Positions 21,903 through 34,467 of a DNA stretch of 64,000 nt are shown piece after piece (the first letter of the stretch is position 1; each line of letters opens with the position of its first letter). Below the pieces are notes generated by a model. The model searched no databases, had not been told where the DNA came from, and saw nothing but the letters and a program-made list of their open reading frames with translations. The stretch covers positions 1 through 64,000 of the forward strand of contig NW_027450442.1 of NCBI RefSeq assembly GCF_964194025.1. Direction: 5' to 3'. The translations under genes were made by a program, and so were the position numbers. The stretch comes from Convolutriloba macropyga (Eukaryota).

Positions 21903-24900
21903 CAATCAATTAAACATAAAAAGAATGAGCGAGTATATAATAGAAATAAATTTACTGAGAGTGCTAATGTAAATATAGAACAAAAGATAGATAAACAGAA
22001 TCCTGAACTAGAGGGAATAAAGTATTGTGATAATTGTGACATGTATCTAAATAATAATACTGAATATAGAAAACAAATAGGAACCCTAAAACATAGGAAT
22101 AATGTAAGGATAAATAATGGGAAAATAATAAAGAATGGCAGTAAGTTTGAATGTGTAACATGCAAGTCTACCTTAAGTGAATATAGTGTGGATCAACATT
22201 TAAAAACAAAGATGCATCTAGATAATGTTAAGGGTAAAGATAAGGATAATATATCTAAAGATAATTTTGAAACGCGGTCAATGACCCATAATATAACTGA
22301 AGATAGTACAGGCTATTGCGATACATGTTACCCTAGATATAACAATAAAAATAAACACACTGAATCAGATGAACATAAAGAAAATGTTAAACAAAAAAAG
22401 CTTGCTGATGGTATGTGGAGAGAGAAAGTGGTGAGTTAGGATTAGATCATAATATGAAGTATATTCAAATAATAATAACAAGTGGTAATTATGAAGAACC
22501 TAAATTGTTGAAAGTATTAGAGACAATGTAAAACATACATCCCCATATTAAGTTTAACACCTTTGATGTAGTAAAATATACAGAACCTAAAGATGATAAG
22601 TTAGAAGAAAATGAATTCATTCACATTTAGACTAACGACTAGACAACATAATGGACCTAATGACTTGGATATGATTAATAGTGAACTTGAGACTAGAATG
22701 CAAGAACAAAAAATGAAACAATCTGGTTGGAGCATGCAAAGATTTTTTAAAAGAACTATGTATATGCACAGGTTTTATCCTAGTGGTGGTTGTCATGTAG
22801 AACTTCACTTCAATCAAGATGTATACTTAATATACATAATAATGATAGTAAAGGTTTATTTGGGCGTTTAATAGCTTATCTACATCCTGCTAAATGTAAG
22901 TTTAATAGAACTAGTAATTATAATAAAACTGAACATAAAAATGAGATAAAACTACCAAAGTTTCCACCTCCTTATGGATAAAAAGATAAAAAGAAAATGC
23001 AAGAGTTAAACAAAGATAAAGTATTATTTAATGTTAACTTAAGTTATTTAATATAAATTAATCTAAATAAAAAAAATTGATAATCTTGTTTTAATCAATC
23101 ATAATGATCCTAAAGGATGTAAGTTTTTATACTGGAATAATCATTATTTCCTACGTAAAGATGTATCATTTTTATTAAGATCATCTACACATAAATATTA
23201 TCCATGTCTAAAATGTTGTGTGTTATTTCGAACTGAAAATGCGTTAAATAAACATTTAGAATTGTGTAATAATATTGGAAAAAGAATATTCCATCTTGAT
23301 GATTATCTAAAGTTTGATAAGTTCCACTATTAAAACAGAGTACCATTTGCTATGCATCATGATTTTGAATGTATAATAAAAAACAGAAATTACATTCCTA
23401 TTGCTTTTGGGTTTTATATATAAAAAGTGATTATTCTGATATCTTAGAAGATAAGTAAGAAAGTTTTTGTGGAGAAGATCCACAAAATGGCGGCTGGACC
23501 GAAGTCTTTGATTGGTTTATAAGTAGGATGAGTTATTATGATAAATTATTCAAAGAGATATTTAGTATAAATATTCCATTAAAAGGAGATAGTATTACTC
23601 CACTTCATATTGAATGTTATTATTGTAACGAAGATATGAGTGAAGACATTGTTAGAGATCATGATCACCTAAATGGTAAATATAGGGGATATGCTTACAA
23701 TAAGTGTAACCACCAATCCAAGTACATTTTTGTACCAATATATACATTTAATTCTACTAATTATGATAACCACCTATTTATAACTAAACTAGCAAAGAAG
23801 ATAAGACTTAAAGTATTGACTAAAACTGATGAGAATTATAATTGTATTGATATGAGTCATGCTAAACCATCAGATATGTTTAGGTTGTTCCATCCACTTA
23901 GCTTAGATGGTATAAGTAAAACAATGAATGATAAAGAGTGTGTAACAGTAAACACATTTGAGTAAGAGAGACAAAAATCTATATTCCCATTTGAATAGTT
24001 AGATAGTATAGATAAACCTAATGAAACATCATTACCACATAAGGAAGTATTCTGTTCTAAGTTGAAAAAAGTGGTATTACTAATGAAGAGTATAAGCAAG
24101 CATTAGATTGTTGGAATGAGTCTGGATGTGAAACAATGAATAAAATTTATGATGTCATATCTTAAAACTGATGTATTATTACCAATGGATGTATTTGAAA
24201 GGCTAAAAGATAAGTGTTTAGAATATTATGAAATGGATCCTTGTTACACATATTCCACTGATGTATTGTTACCAGTGGATGTATTTGAAAGGCTAAAAGA
24301 TAAGTGTTTAGAATATTATGAAATGGATCCTTGTTACACATATTCCACTCCTGGATTAACTTGAGTATGTGGATTGAAAAATACTAATGTTAGACTTAAA
24401 TATTATAAAGAAAATACAATTAATTTTTATGATAAAAACATCATGTTATTAGAGGTGGGTTAGCTTCACTATTGGTTGATTGTCATGTTGAATGTAAAAA
24501 TAAACAAATAGATCCTAAGTATAGAGGTAAAGAGAACTTTTTAAAATACTTAGACTTCAACTCATAATATTCCTCTGCCATGGTGCAAGCTTTACCTACT
24601 GGTGTAATGATCCAGAAACTGGCTTTGCAGAAAATAATTCCATCAGCTCTAGTAATAATACAGGCTATATCTATACCATTGGTGTAATGTATAATGATGA
24701 GTTTCAACAAAAAACAAAGAAGTATCCTTTCTTTCCTGAAAAGACAAAGGCTAAGATTGATCAGTTTACATATTATCAAAGTGAAAATGAAAAGCAAAGA
24801 TACAAACCAAATCAAAATTTGATGTTACAATTAACGGATAAGGCAGACTATGTAATTGATGGAGAGATGTTAGTTTGGTATTTAATTAAAGTTTTAAGGT

Positions 24901-25253
24901 TGGAAGATGTTACAATTAAGCAAAAGTTAGAGTATAGTAAAAGTGAAAGATTAAAATCTTATATTGAGTTTAACATTCAGAAAAAAAGAAGCTAAAGCTA
25001 AGGGAGATAAATTTGGTGATGTATTCTTCAAGTTATTGAATAATGCTTTTTATGGAAAAACAAAAGAAAATGTGTACAATAGACAAGATTTAGAGATAGT
25101 TAATGATGTGGATAGATACATTAAATTAGTGAAACATATCAGTTTTTAATATGCTGTAGAGATTGATGATGAACTAATAGCTGTACATAAAACATGAGGT
25201 AAAGTTAGAGAAGTTTAATTATTTTGGTTTTGTTATATTGGAGAAAGCTAAAT
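21903..25253 (+). pseudogene. Protein-primed DNA polymerase B (Maverick type) with N-terminal C2H2 fingers; lacks start and motif C
   Basis: QSGWS motif, HDFECII (Exo I), CYYC...VRDHDHLNGKYRGYAYNKCN (endonuclease VII-like insert), FNSTNYDNH (Exo II), YLKTDVLL (Exo III), IRGG, YLDFNS*YSSAM (motif A), FKLLNNAFYGKTKEN (motif B). Many stops and frameshifts. Confidence 0.93.
24167..24346 (+). repeat. 90-bp in-frame tandem duplication inside polB
   Basis: 24167-24256 repeated at 24257-24346 with two substitutions; peptide TDVLLP(M/V)DVFERLKDKCLEYYEMDPCYTYS occurs twice. Confidence 0.95.
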
Positions 25254-25354
25254 GGGTTTTAGACCATGTTTCAATATCAGTGATGTTGATTCGAAGATTA
25301 TTAATTTTTTCATATAAATATTAGCAAAAGAAATTAACAATCATAAAAGATTTA

Positions 25355-25832
25355 AGCTGGTTTTATTGGAAAAAAATTAATTTTGAAAATGAAACAATAT
25401 GAATAATCAATTTTTGATTTATTTTAAAACGTTATACTAAACATAAAACACTGATCACTTTGTTTCTACCGATCTCAGCGTTTTTGACTTTATACTCATC
25501 ACATTGTGTCCCATATACAGTCTCAAAGCAGGGATTACTCTTTTTAAGAACTGTGAATTTGGTTTTTTTTATCTCACTTAGTTTCATAGTAATTAATCAA
25601 ATCGGGGGACGTTCACTGGATACAGTGAGGAAGGAACGCCAAACCTTCCGTTTGCTAAAGCAACTTCACTCAACTCAACGAGTTAACCACTGTGCCAAGT
25701 GAGACAGGAAATGATAGATTTTGAAGGAATATAAAATGAAAAATAGTGGATAAAACAAAGGGAAATAAAGTAATGTTTTTATGGGCGCCGATCGCAGCTC
25801 ATGCTAGCGGAGGCGCCCATATAAACATTACT
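25355..25832 (-). repeat. Right terminal inverted repeat of the Maverick-type element
   Basis: Reverse complement of 20649-21126; ends ...CATATAAACATTACT. Confidence 0.95.
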
Positions 25833-27102
25833 CAGATCTTCTCCTTAAAAAAGGCCCAAGCATAATTTCAAAAACTATCTTTACTGTTAATCTTTAAAAA
25901 AAATTGCATGGTTTTTGTTTGATAAAATTTTGTGTTTTAAACCTACTGACGTCTCATCTTTATATAGTGGCATAGGTCCTTTCTTTTTTAAAATCTGTTA
26001 GTGCATTAATAAATAGTTCTCTGGAGAGTTGTCGTTGTTGTTCTTATTGATGTTTCATTAGGGAACCTGCTGTTGACATAAGCGTCATTGCAGCTTTGCT
26101 CCTCTACTTTAATTTGAAACAAAGTTAACTGAATAAATTATTTGTGTAACTATTATCCGTGGCTAATTTTTAGATAGCTTACACTTCCCGTCATTTATTG
26201 TCTTATGTCCAGCCTTTGTTTTTAGCATTCTAATTTTTCCACTAATTTTATTGGATTCACTTGTTTTTCATCCTCAATTTGTTTTTAATAGTGCTTTTTG
26301 TTCATTATCAATATAATTACCAATTTTTTAATAGGATATTCAAAAGTTAGATAAAATTATTCAAAAAAAATTTTACTCATCTTTTTTATAAAACTCCGAA
26401 ACCAATTCGGTGATTTTTAGTTCAATTTGTTTTGTTATTGGACAGGAAAAATCTAAGCTAAAATTCAGTGTCGCACATCGAATACTCATAGTACAATTAT
26501 TTTTGATTCAATCGAGAAACGTATTTTGTTTCTAAAACTGACCGAATAAATCGTTGAAGTTGACAGATTTATGTTTTCAAAATTGGAGCAAAATTGAAAC
26601 ACATTTATTCCATCTCATTTGGACATTTAATTATCTAACCCGGTTTGAGAAAAAAAAACGGAAAAATATGTAAGGTAAGCGGTGAAAAGTTGTTTTTTTT
26701 CGCCGCGATTTGCGTACATAATGTTGCCGTGAAATGCGGTGAAATTATGTAAGTTCACCGCTACAAACGAGCGAGCGTACACGGATTCGAAACTCTCACC
26801 TCCTGAATGTCCGCCACTTGTTCTTCCACTGCTCCACTTCTCACTATAATCAAGCATATCTGTTTTGAATTTAAATCAAATTTACTCTTCATTTTGTAAA
26901 ACAAACGCGTTGAACTTTTGAAAGATTAGCGGTGAAATGTGGTGATTTTTTGTAACTTCATTGCTTACTCTAGTGATGAAATTGCATAAATTCAGCGCGT
27001 AAAAAAAGTTTCAAAAAGATGTATGACTGGTCGTGGGTAAATTTTCGGAGATAATTTTAATAAATGTATCTTAACTTCGTTGAACAAAAACAAATCGGAG
27101 CG

Positions 27103-27398
27103 TTTTCTAAGCGATGAAATTATGTTATTTCACCACTAAGTTAAGTGGTGAATTTGTGTAATTTTATCTCTTTCACTGCTGATCTCACACAATTTTAACA
27201 CTATTTCTAAGCAGTGAGTTTATGTAATTTCATCACTAAGTTACGCGTTGAATTTATGTAATTTCACTTCATTCACTGCTGTTCTCATACAATTTTAACA
27301 CTTTTTCCTAAGCGGTGAAATTATGTAAGTTTACCTTTTAGTTTAACGGTGAATTTATGTAATTTCACCGCATTCACTACTTATCGTACATAATTTTG
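27103..27398. repeat. Three tandem units of about 99 bp containing palindromic GGTGAAATTATGTAATTTCACC-like motifs
   Basis: Units begin TTT(T/C)CTAAGC at about 27103, 27203 and 27303; related motifs at about 26735-26762 and 26930. Confidence 0.8.
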
Positions 27399-28149
27399 AG
27401 TTGAATGGCGGTGACGCCTCGACCCGGGAAGTGTCATATCCCAATTACTAGCTTCCTGGTCCCCAAGGAATATACGATTTCTCTGACTTCGATGTCCGGT
27501 TTCAACTTGGCCCCTGAGTGACCTAATGTGACTTTTCAGAGCACTTTGCTCGGTTTTCAGATCATCGTTTCGGGACTCTCTTGTAAGGGAGACAAAAGAG
27601 GAAGCACATATTCTTTCATGTGATTATGCGAGTGTTTGTAATTTTAATTTGGATATGTCGGTTCATCAGGACTATCAAAATTGTAAAATGAGCGCCATCA
27701 TCAACGTCTATCTGATTACTCTACTCGAGAACAATTGTTCCGTCTGTATATGAACATATTGTTTGACTAGTAGTTTGACTATTAATTGACTCATAAACGG
27801 AGAACCATGCAAGATCTTGGGAAATTGATTGACATCAACAAATTTCAGTGATGATCTGTGTACAATTTAAATGCTAATTGCATGTTAGCAAATAGAGAAA
27901 ACCAAAAAGGCGTACTTGCAAAGTTTAAGATCCCAACATTCGACCTCTTCGTTTTTTCTGTCAGCTTAATGACTTGCTAATGGTAACATGACTTATGGTC
28001 GAAACAATTTTTTATGGAAAAACTGGTTCCAGCAGGCAACAATCACTGATCGAGTGAACTATTTTCGTTGTCTAAGACAAGAAACCAGAAGGCCAGAGGT
28101 AAATTTGTTTTCCGCTGCAGGAGAATCATGAAAAAAACGACAAATCACG

Positions 28150-31100
28150 ATGTCGATTTCTTCAGACGGCTGGCTTGAAGCCGAGAATTTTAAGACTTAT
28201 GTTATACTCAATGGCATTTCCGATGCAAATGTATGTTTAAAATGCGGATTAATTTTAGAATTAGTAAGTGGTAATTGCGTCGCAAATGGTGTTTTAGGTG
28301 GTAATTGTGATGCAAATGCTTTATTGCGTATATGTGAATTGGTATTTAGTAATGTAGGTAGTTGCGGCGCGGATGGCCGTTTTAACTTGTGTGAAGGCAA
28401 ATTTGACTTTTATATGTCATTAAATTTTTTAGTTGCGTTTTGTTTGTTTGTAATCAGGTGTTTCATAGAATCACGGATTTTTGATATTGTTGCTACAACG
28501 AAGTGTTCGTCATATGTAGATATCTTTTTAGCTCTCGCATATAGGTTCCTTGAAATATAGTCAACGAGACCCATTTTTGCACCTGGCAAATATTCTATTG
28601 TTAAGTTGTACGGAAGTAGTCTGTCTATCCATTGTGATAGTCGGCTGTTATAAGATTTGTTTGATCTGTGCTCCTTGAGTATGGACAGTAGAGCTCTGTG
28701 GTCTGTTACTACTGTAAAATTTTTTCCGTACAAATAGTATTTAAAATAGTCAACTGACCAAACTATTCCCAATAGCTCCAACTCATTATAACTATAGCGT
28801 TTCTCTGTTGAGTTGAGGAATCTTGATGCGAATGCTATTGGTTTCCAACTGTCTGGTGTATTTTGCTCCAATGCTGCTCCCAGTCCGGAACTGGAGGCAT
28901 CACATTTGACTCGAACATCATGTTTTGGATTATAGTGGCTATTTTCTGTGCTATTGGCAATTTTTTCTTTGATCAGATCAAAATGTTTTGTGTGTTCTTG
29001 TGTCCAGATAAACTTTACTGATTTTTTGAGAAGTGGTCGAAGTGGGTGACATAATTGTGCAAGCAAGATGTGGTATGAATTCTCCAATATAGTGTACTGA
29101 CCCTAAAAATGATCTAAGGCGTTTTAGTGTTGTTGGTGGTGGTATTGTTAAAATTGCTGCAGTTTTACTTTCTAGGGGTGAGATTCCAGTTTGTGTAAAC
29201 TTATAACCCAGCCATTCAATTTCGGTTTTTGCAAAATGACATTTCTGAAGATTAATTCTTAGATTATCGTCATCTAATTTTTTTAAACATTTGAAAACAT
29301 ATGCCAAATGGTCTGCTTCAGTGCCGGTACTGACGATTATGATATCGTCCAAGAAACAATATGTGTTTTGTAGACCTATAAGTGTATAGTCTATTGCTTT
29401 CTGAAATTCTGCCGGCATATCTGTAAGACCATAAAAACCAGTTTTGAATCTATATGTACCAGTAGATTCTCCACAGATGATGTTAAAATTACAGTGTTTT
29501 GCTGTGTCGTGGTGTAATTTTAATTGGCTATATGCATACTTTAAGTCTAATGTGGTGAAATAAGCTTGTTGACCGTTTTGTGTGTTGGTAAGGTGTTGTG
29601 ATATTGTATCAATTAGCATATCAATATTGGGCATTTGATATTTATTTTTATGTATGGCTTTATTTAATACTTTGGAATCTAATGCGAGTTGTATTGATTG
29701 GTCTTTCTTTACTGTGATAACGATTGGGGAGATGAAATGTTCGTCAGAGCAACTAGATAGTTTTTCGATATGACCTTCTGTCTGTAATATCTCTAATTCA
29801 TCCGACACTCTAGGTTGTAGATTTATCGGAACACGTCGACCTTTTTGATGCTTTGCTGTAAACTTTTGATGAACCTTTGATTTCGCTACATGTGTTTTAG
29901 ACAAACCAATTCTTGATACCTAATGAGGAAATTGCGTCGCGATTGTCTCTTTAATTTTACATGTAGAGGTATTAATGTTATTAACGCATTTACCATTTTC
30001 TGGTTGTTGTTGTACCACCGCAAGTCCCAGGGTTGTGAAAAGGTCCCTCCCGATTATGTTTCTGTGCCCATCTTCTACCACAGTCAACATAGCTGCTCTA
30101 TCTTTCCACTGATTGTAGGTTACTGTGGTTTCCAAATGTCCAAGAACTTTTATGGGTTCATTTGAAAAAGTTTTCAAGTTCCTTCTTTCTTTCGTGTCCG
30201 TCCACTTTGCAGATTTTGTGGTTCGGAGGGTTTGGTCTGCCAAAGTTTCTGTTATGATGCTAACTGCACTTCCAGAGTCGATCATTGCGAGTGCTCTAAT
30301 TTCTCCCAGTTTTACCTCTACATTTAATGGTTCCAGTTCATGTACCGAGTCAGACGAAATCACCGCCACGTAATCGTCCGAATCGCTGTCGTAGTTTGAG
30401 TCATACACCTGTTCATACAGTTGTTGGTATCTTGTTATGTAATTTACGGATTCTTCATCATCACTCGTTTCGGGAGACTGGTCAAATTGATTGACGTTCG
30501 TTTGTTGGGCTCTCTGTGTTTGTCCCTGTGACTTTTTCGGTTTGCGGCATTTTTTTGCGAAAGGGCCAATAATGCCACGATTATTACATTTCTTACCATT
30601 CGCGGGGCAAATCTGCGTATGGTTATGACTCCAACGAAGGCCACAATTCATACATTTGCTTGTGTATTGGTAATTCTGGTGCACAGTTGCGTATCGTGTG
30701 AAATCTCGCTTGGTTTGCGTATTTGGTTACTGTTGATTGAATTGACAGGATTTGTGCCTGACATCAAATTCCGGTTTATCTTTTGCTGATTCTGCGCCCC
30801 CATGTCCATTTGCATAGCTATCTCCAATGCTTTGGATTGCTCGACTTCTCTTTCAACAGTTCTTTTTGAGTCTCATGATCAATCATAATCGATATGAATG
30901 CATTGCAAATCAAGGTAGTTTCTTCACTACCAAGGGTACAATTTTCCGCTAGTTCTGTGAGACGACCATAGAAACTTTCAACAGACTCTCCTGTTTGCTG
31001 CTTACATGAATAGAAAACAAAGCGATCGTAAGTTATGTTACGAACTTTCGTGAAAGAATCCTCCATTGACTGCCACAATTCTTTGAAAGGTTGTTTCTCT

Positions 31101-31534
31101 ATTTGGAAGTGGGGGTGTTTACTCCTGAAACTTCGTCGTCCCTCCGTTCCAATACTCAAATACAACAACGATATCGTTTTTTGTTCGCAAATTCCCCACG
31201 GCTTATCTCCACACAAAATTCCAATCTCCTCAACCTTTTTACAACGATTTTGCCAGTTTACTTTCAATTGTTGATTACGGACTTTCTGATCTCTTTCCGT
31301 CGCTTGTGTATGATTTTCTACTGGCTCTTCATAAGTTGGTTCAGGCGGGCAAGTTACTGTTGCGTGAGGATCTTTTAGCAGATTGTCTAATTGGATTCCC
31401 TCTTTAGCTAGTAGTGCTAGTTTCCACTGTTGTGTCCATTTGTCACAAGTCAGAGGAAGTGTTGCTGCCAGCTTTTCCCAAAATGCCTCTATGTGAAGTG
31501 GTGTCTTCTTAGAGTCCGTTGCTGACTGCGTCAT
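28150..31534 (-). mobile_element. Ty3/Gypsy gag-pol remnant (gag, protease, RT, RNase H); no integrase or LTRs found
   Basis: Gag from MTQSATD (31534) with QQTGESVESFYGRL and degenerate knuckles; MIDSGSAVSII protease; LDLKYAYSQL, CFLDDIII RT; CDASSSGLGAAL, ELELLGIVW, VTDHRAL RNase H. Premature stop at 29920 and frameshifts near 30820 and 29070. Confidence 0.95.
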
Positions 31535-32219
31535 GTTATACTCAATTGCAATGGGTAGATTCAATTGAGTTGCAAATGCTTTATTACAAGTCGAACTGAG
31601 CGATTGCGCCGCAAGTGGCAAGCCAATTTCTTATATCCGATTTACTAATATCTAGAATGGTCAATCGCGGTGCGATTGGCACTTGTCAAAATTACTGAGC
31701 TTAATTGAAAAGCGTTTTGCAAGATTTAAATTAAACTGAATTCTAGCGCTGCAAATGGAAGACTGAAATTAAAATGATTACATTTTAAGAAATAAGGTTT
31801 GTTCAACTCGATCACGAACAAGGAATTAACTTTAAGATTTGTTTATAGTATGAACAAATGAATTTCCTGCATAGACAGTATGAACAGACATTACTTTACT
31901 AAAAATGGGAGGAAGTAAAGTTAACTGAAATAAGAACAGCACTTGCCCTTCAAATGGAACTAAATGATGCAATTGAACTAAATACGGACATGGATATGTG
32001 AAGGGTATCCATTGCCGAATGACAACTTACGTTGAAATACGTTGATGCTGAAATCAACGAGCAAAACGCTTGTAAATGTAATCTTTCCTTCATTGTGATT
32101 ACCAAAATTGCAGAGCTTTACGGACGATATTCCAGAAGAAGAGAAGGGAGAGATTACTTCAGAACTGTGAAAAAACTGAAACAAAACAACACCGACAACT
32201 AAATATCTATCCATTATTT

Positions 32220-33625
32220 TCCATTATTTTCCTTCTGTAGTTTTGTTTTCAATTTAAGGTTTGATAACATCTTTTTGTAACAATTTGTCGAAAACATTAA
32301 TTGGTGCTCAAAAAACATTTCTGAACAACCGTTTACCCAATATCATTTCACACATATCTTACGCTTTCAAATGCGATTGTGAGATCCTTCTATGCTACTC
32401 ACGGAAAAAGTGAGTCTTCTAATTTGCTCTATTTATAGATTGTTAGTTTTCAAAAACTTCTAACCACGTTTTTTGTTGCTCTGCAGAATCATTGCAACAA
32501 TTTTAATGCAGCATTTATTTGTTTTCTTTTTTCAGATAAGTTTGGGCTACAATTTATTGCTACAACTCATCGTTGTACACATGACTGATCTGATAACTTC
32601 GCTAGTATTAGTTGTAAAAATGTCTGCAAGATGTAAATCAATTATAACAACAAATCAATTGTAATAGAAATTGACAGAAGAAAATGAGTTGACTTCAAAT
32701 AATACTTGAAAAACTTTGCAGTGACAGTTATTCGTTATAGAATAAATTTACAGCAAATAGCTGGACTACCGTCTAAAAAAAAGTTCAATTAGTTTTCAAA
32801 AACTTCTTTTTATTTCTTCTTTTTAACATCAAAAGAATAAAACAGAATTTAGAAACAGCTTACGCACATTAGTTTGCGAGTAAAAAATATGCAGTTATCT
32901 AGCACAATATTTGCGATAAAAAATTTGCTTTCAGATGACATATAGAGCTTTCAAAAGTTGGGTTTAACAAAGGAAAAACAAAAATGTTAGTGAGCAGTTT
33001 TTATAAGATTTTCCAATGAAATATTTCCTTACGTGTCTGATCAGCAACTACATATTTTTTCGTAATTGAATATTAATCAGGCTTCTTTGTTCCTCTCGAA
33101 ACTTAATTATTTTTCCTACCATGTAGTTTGGTTTTCAATTTTAAGCTTGTTATGATCAGGGTTTGTAGCAATTTGTTTTAAGCATTGTTTGATGCTCAAC
33201 AAATTTTTCTTCGATATCGACAAAGACGACAAATCTAAAATTTTCATAACAAGCGAGTCTTCTGTTTTAATCTTTTCAAAGATTGCTGGTTTTCATAGCG
33301 TCCAATTCAATGCAGCATTTATTTCTTTCAGATAAAAAAAATTGTTCAACAATTTCTTGCTTAAACGTAACACAGCGTTGTACACATGACTGATCTGATA
33401 AGATCGCTATTGTAAGTGGTTAATGTGTTCAAGATACGAATCGATTACAACATGAACAAATTAAGGTTACTTGACAGAAGAAATGACCTGACAGAAATTG
33501 ATTTTAAGTTGTTTTTTGGAAGTTTTTATTTTAGCATTTAAGAGACAATTTTTTCAGAATAGGAGTGACAAATAATCGTTTAGAATATTACAATAAAAGA
33601 CTGAATTATCGTCTAAAAAATTGTT
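32220..33625. repeat. Old diverged direct duplication (about 32220-32780 vs 33110-33625)
   Basis: Shared anchors in the same order: TGTAGTTT.GTTTTCAATTT, ATGCAGCATTTATTT, CGTTGTACACATGACTGATCTGATAA, TTGACAGAAGAAA, CGTCTAAAAAA. Confidence 0.7.
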
Positions 33626-33845
33626 TAAACAAAGATGTAAAGTTTTAGAATTAAACTAACGTTCTTCCAGAAAGTCTTCATTTTACTTTGCGCTTCTCAA
33701 ACTTAACTGGGACACCTATTTAATATTTTCGGCAGACAGTCACTAGTTAAGAAGATAAAACAAACTGAACAATTTGTAAGAAATTGTCTCAATTTTCGGC
33801 TTTTGAACGCAAGTAATCTTTGGTTGCTGGAACAAAACTAATAAC

Positions 33846-34085
33846 TCCACAAACGTAAAAAACATTGTTCCAGTTAGAAAACCCCGTTCTATCAGCTCAA
33901 ATCTCGAAACTTCTCTGATTCGATCGTTTTCCCTTGATATTCTTTTGGACGTTACCGAGATTTTAAACGCGTGCTCATGTGGTAGTCCGCATCGTGAGTA
34001 TTGAGGACGTACGTAGAAGACGTTTCTATATGCTAAAATGAAAGTTGCAACGAGTCGAAGACTTCCGAGCACTGCTGTTTTCCTA
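33846..34085 (-). repeat. Module downstream of LINE A, homologous to 46129-46311 and (distal part) to 38289-38345
   Basis: 31-nt identical core AAACGTCTTCTACGTACGTCCTCAATACTCA (33995-34025 minus equals 46183-46213 plus); 55/57 match of 33846-33902 with 38289-38345. Confidence 0.9.
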
Positions 34086-34467
34086 AGCAGTCGTACTTTA
34101 AATTTCAAAACACTAAATTGATCAGAGGTACAAAAAATTGCATCAATTAGAAAAATTACATAAAAAAGAAAAAAAAGAAAAACATTGTTAATTCCTTTGA
34201 GTATGAACTATAAAATACAGAACATCGTTTAAAGGCAATGTAGTGTTAAGAAGTATAAATGAAACAAACGTCACATATTGTGAAAGTTAAAAATTGTATT
34301 AAATTTACAATGTGCTAAAATATCGACAAATTAAGAGAGATGAATTATAATTGAAAAATTTTAAAAAATGCCAATTCTACAATTAACATTTTCGAGAAAA
34401 GAGAATATTTTTAAAAAAGCTAATTCTCCAATTAACATTTCATAGAAGACTAAACGACGCCCTAAAA

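Larger units (their letters stand above)
20649..25832 (+). mobile_element. Maverick/Polinton-type element, reduced and non-autonomous (5184 bp), with 6-bp TSD CAGATC
   Basis: CAGATC at 20643-20648 and 25833-25838; AG...CT termini; 478-bp TIRs; protein-primed PolB motifs inside. I see no integrase, ATPase, protease or capsid gene. Confidence 0.93.

Noticed and set aside
27103-27398. CRISPR-like palindromic repeats
   Set aside because: The sequence between palindromes is also repeated, so these are tandem units and not repeat-spacer arrays.
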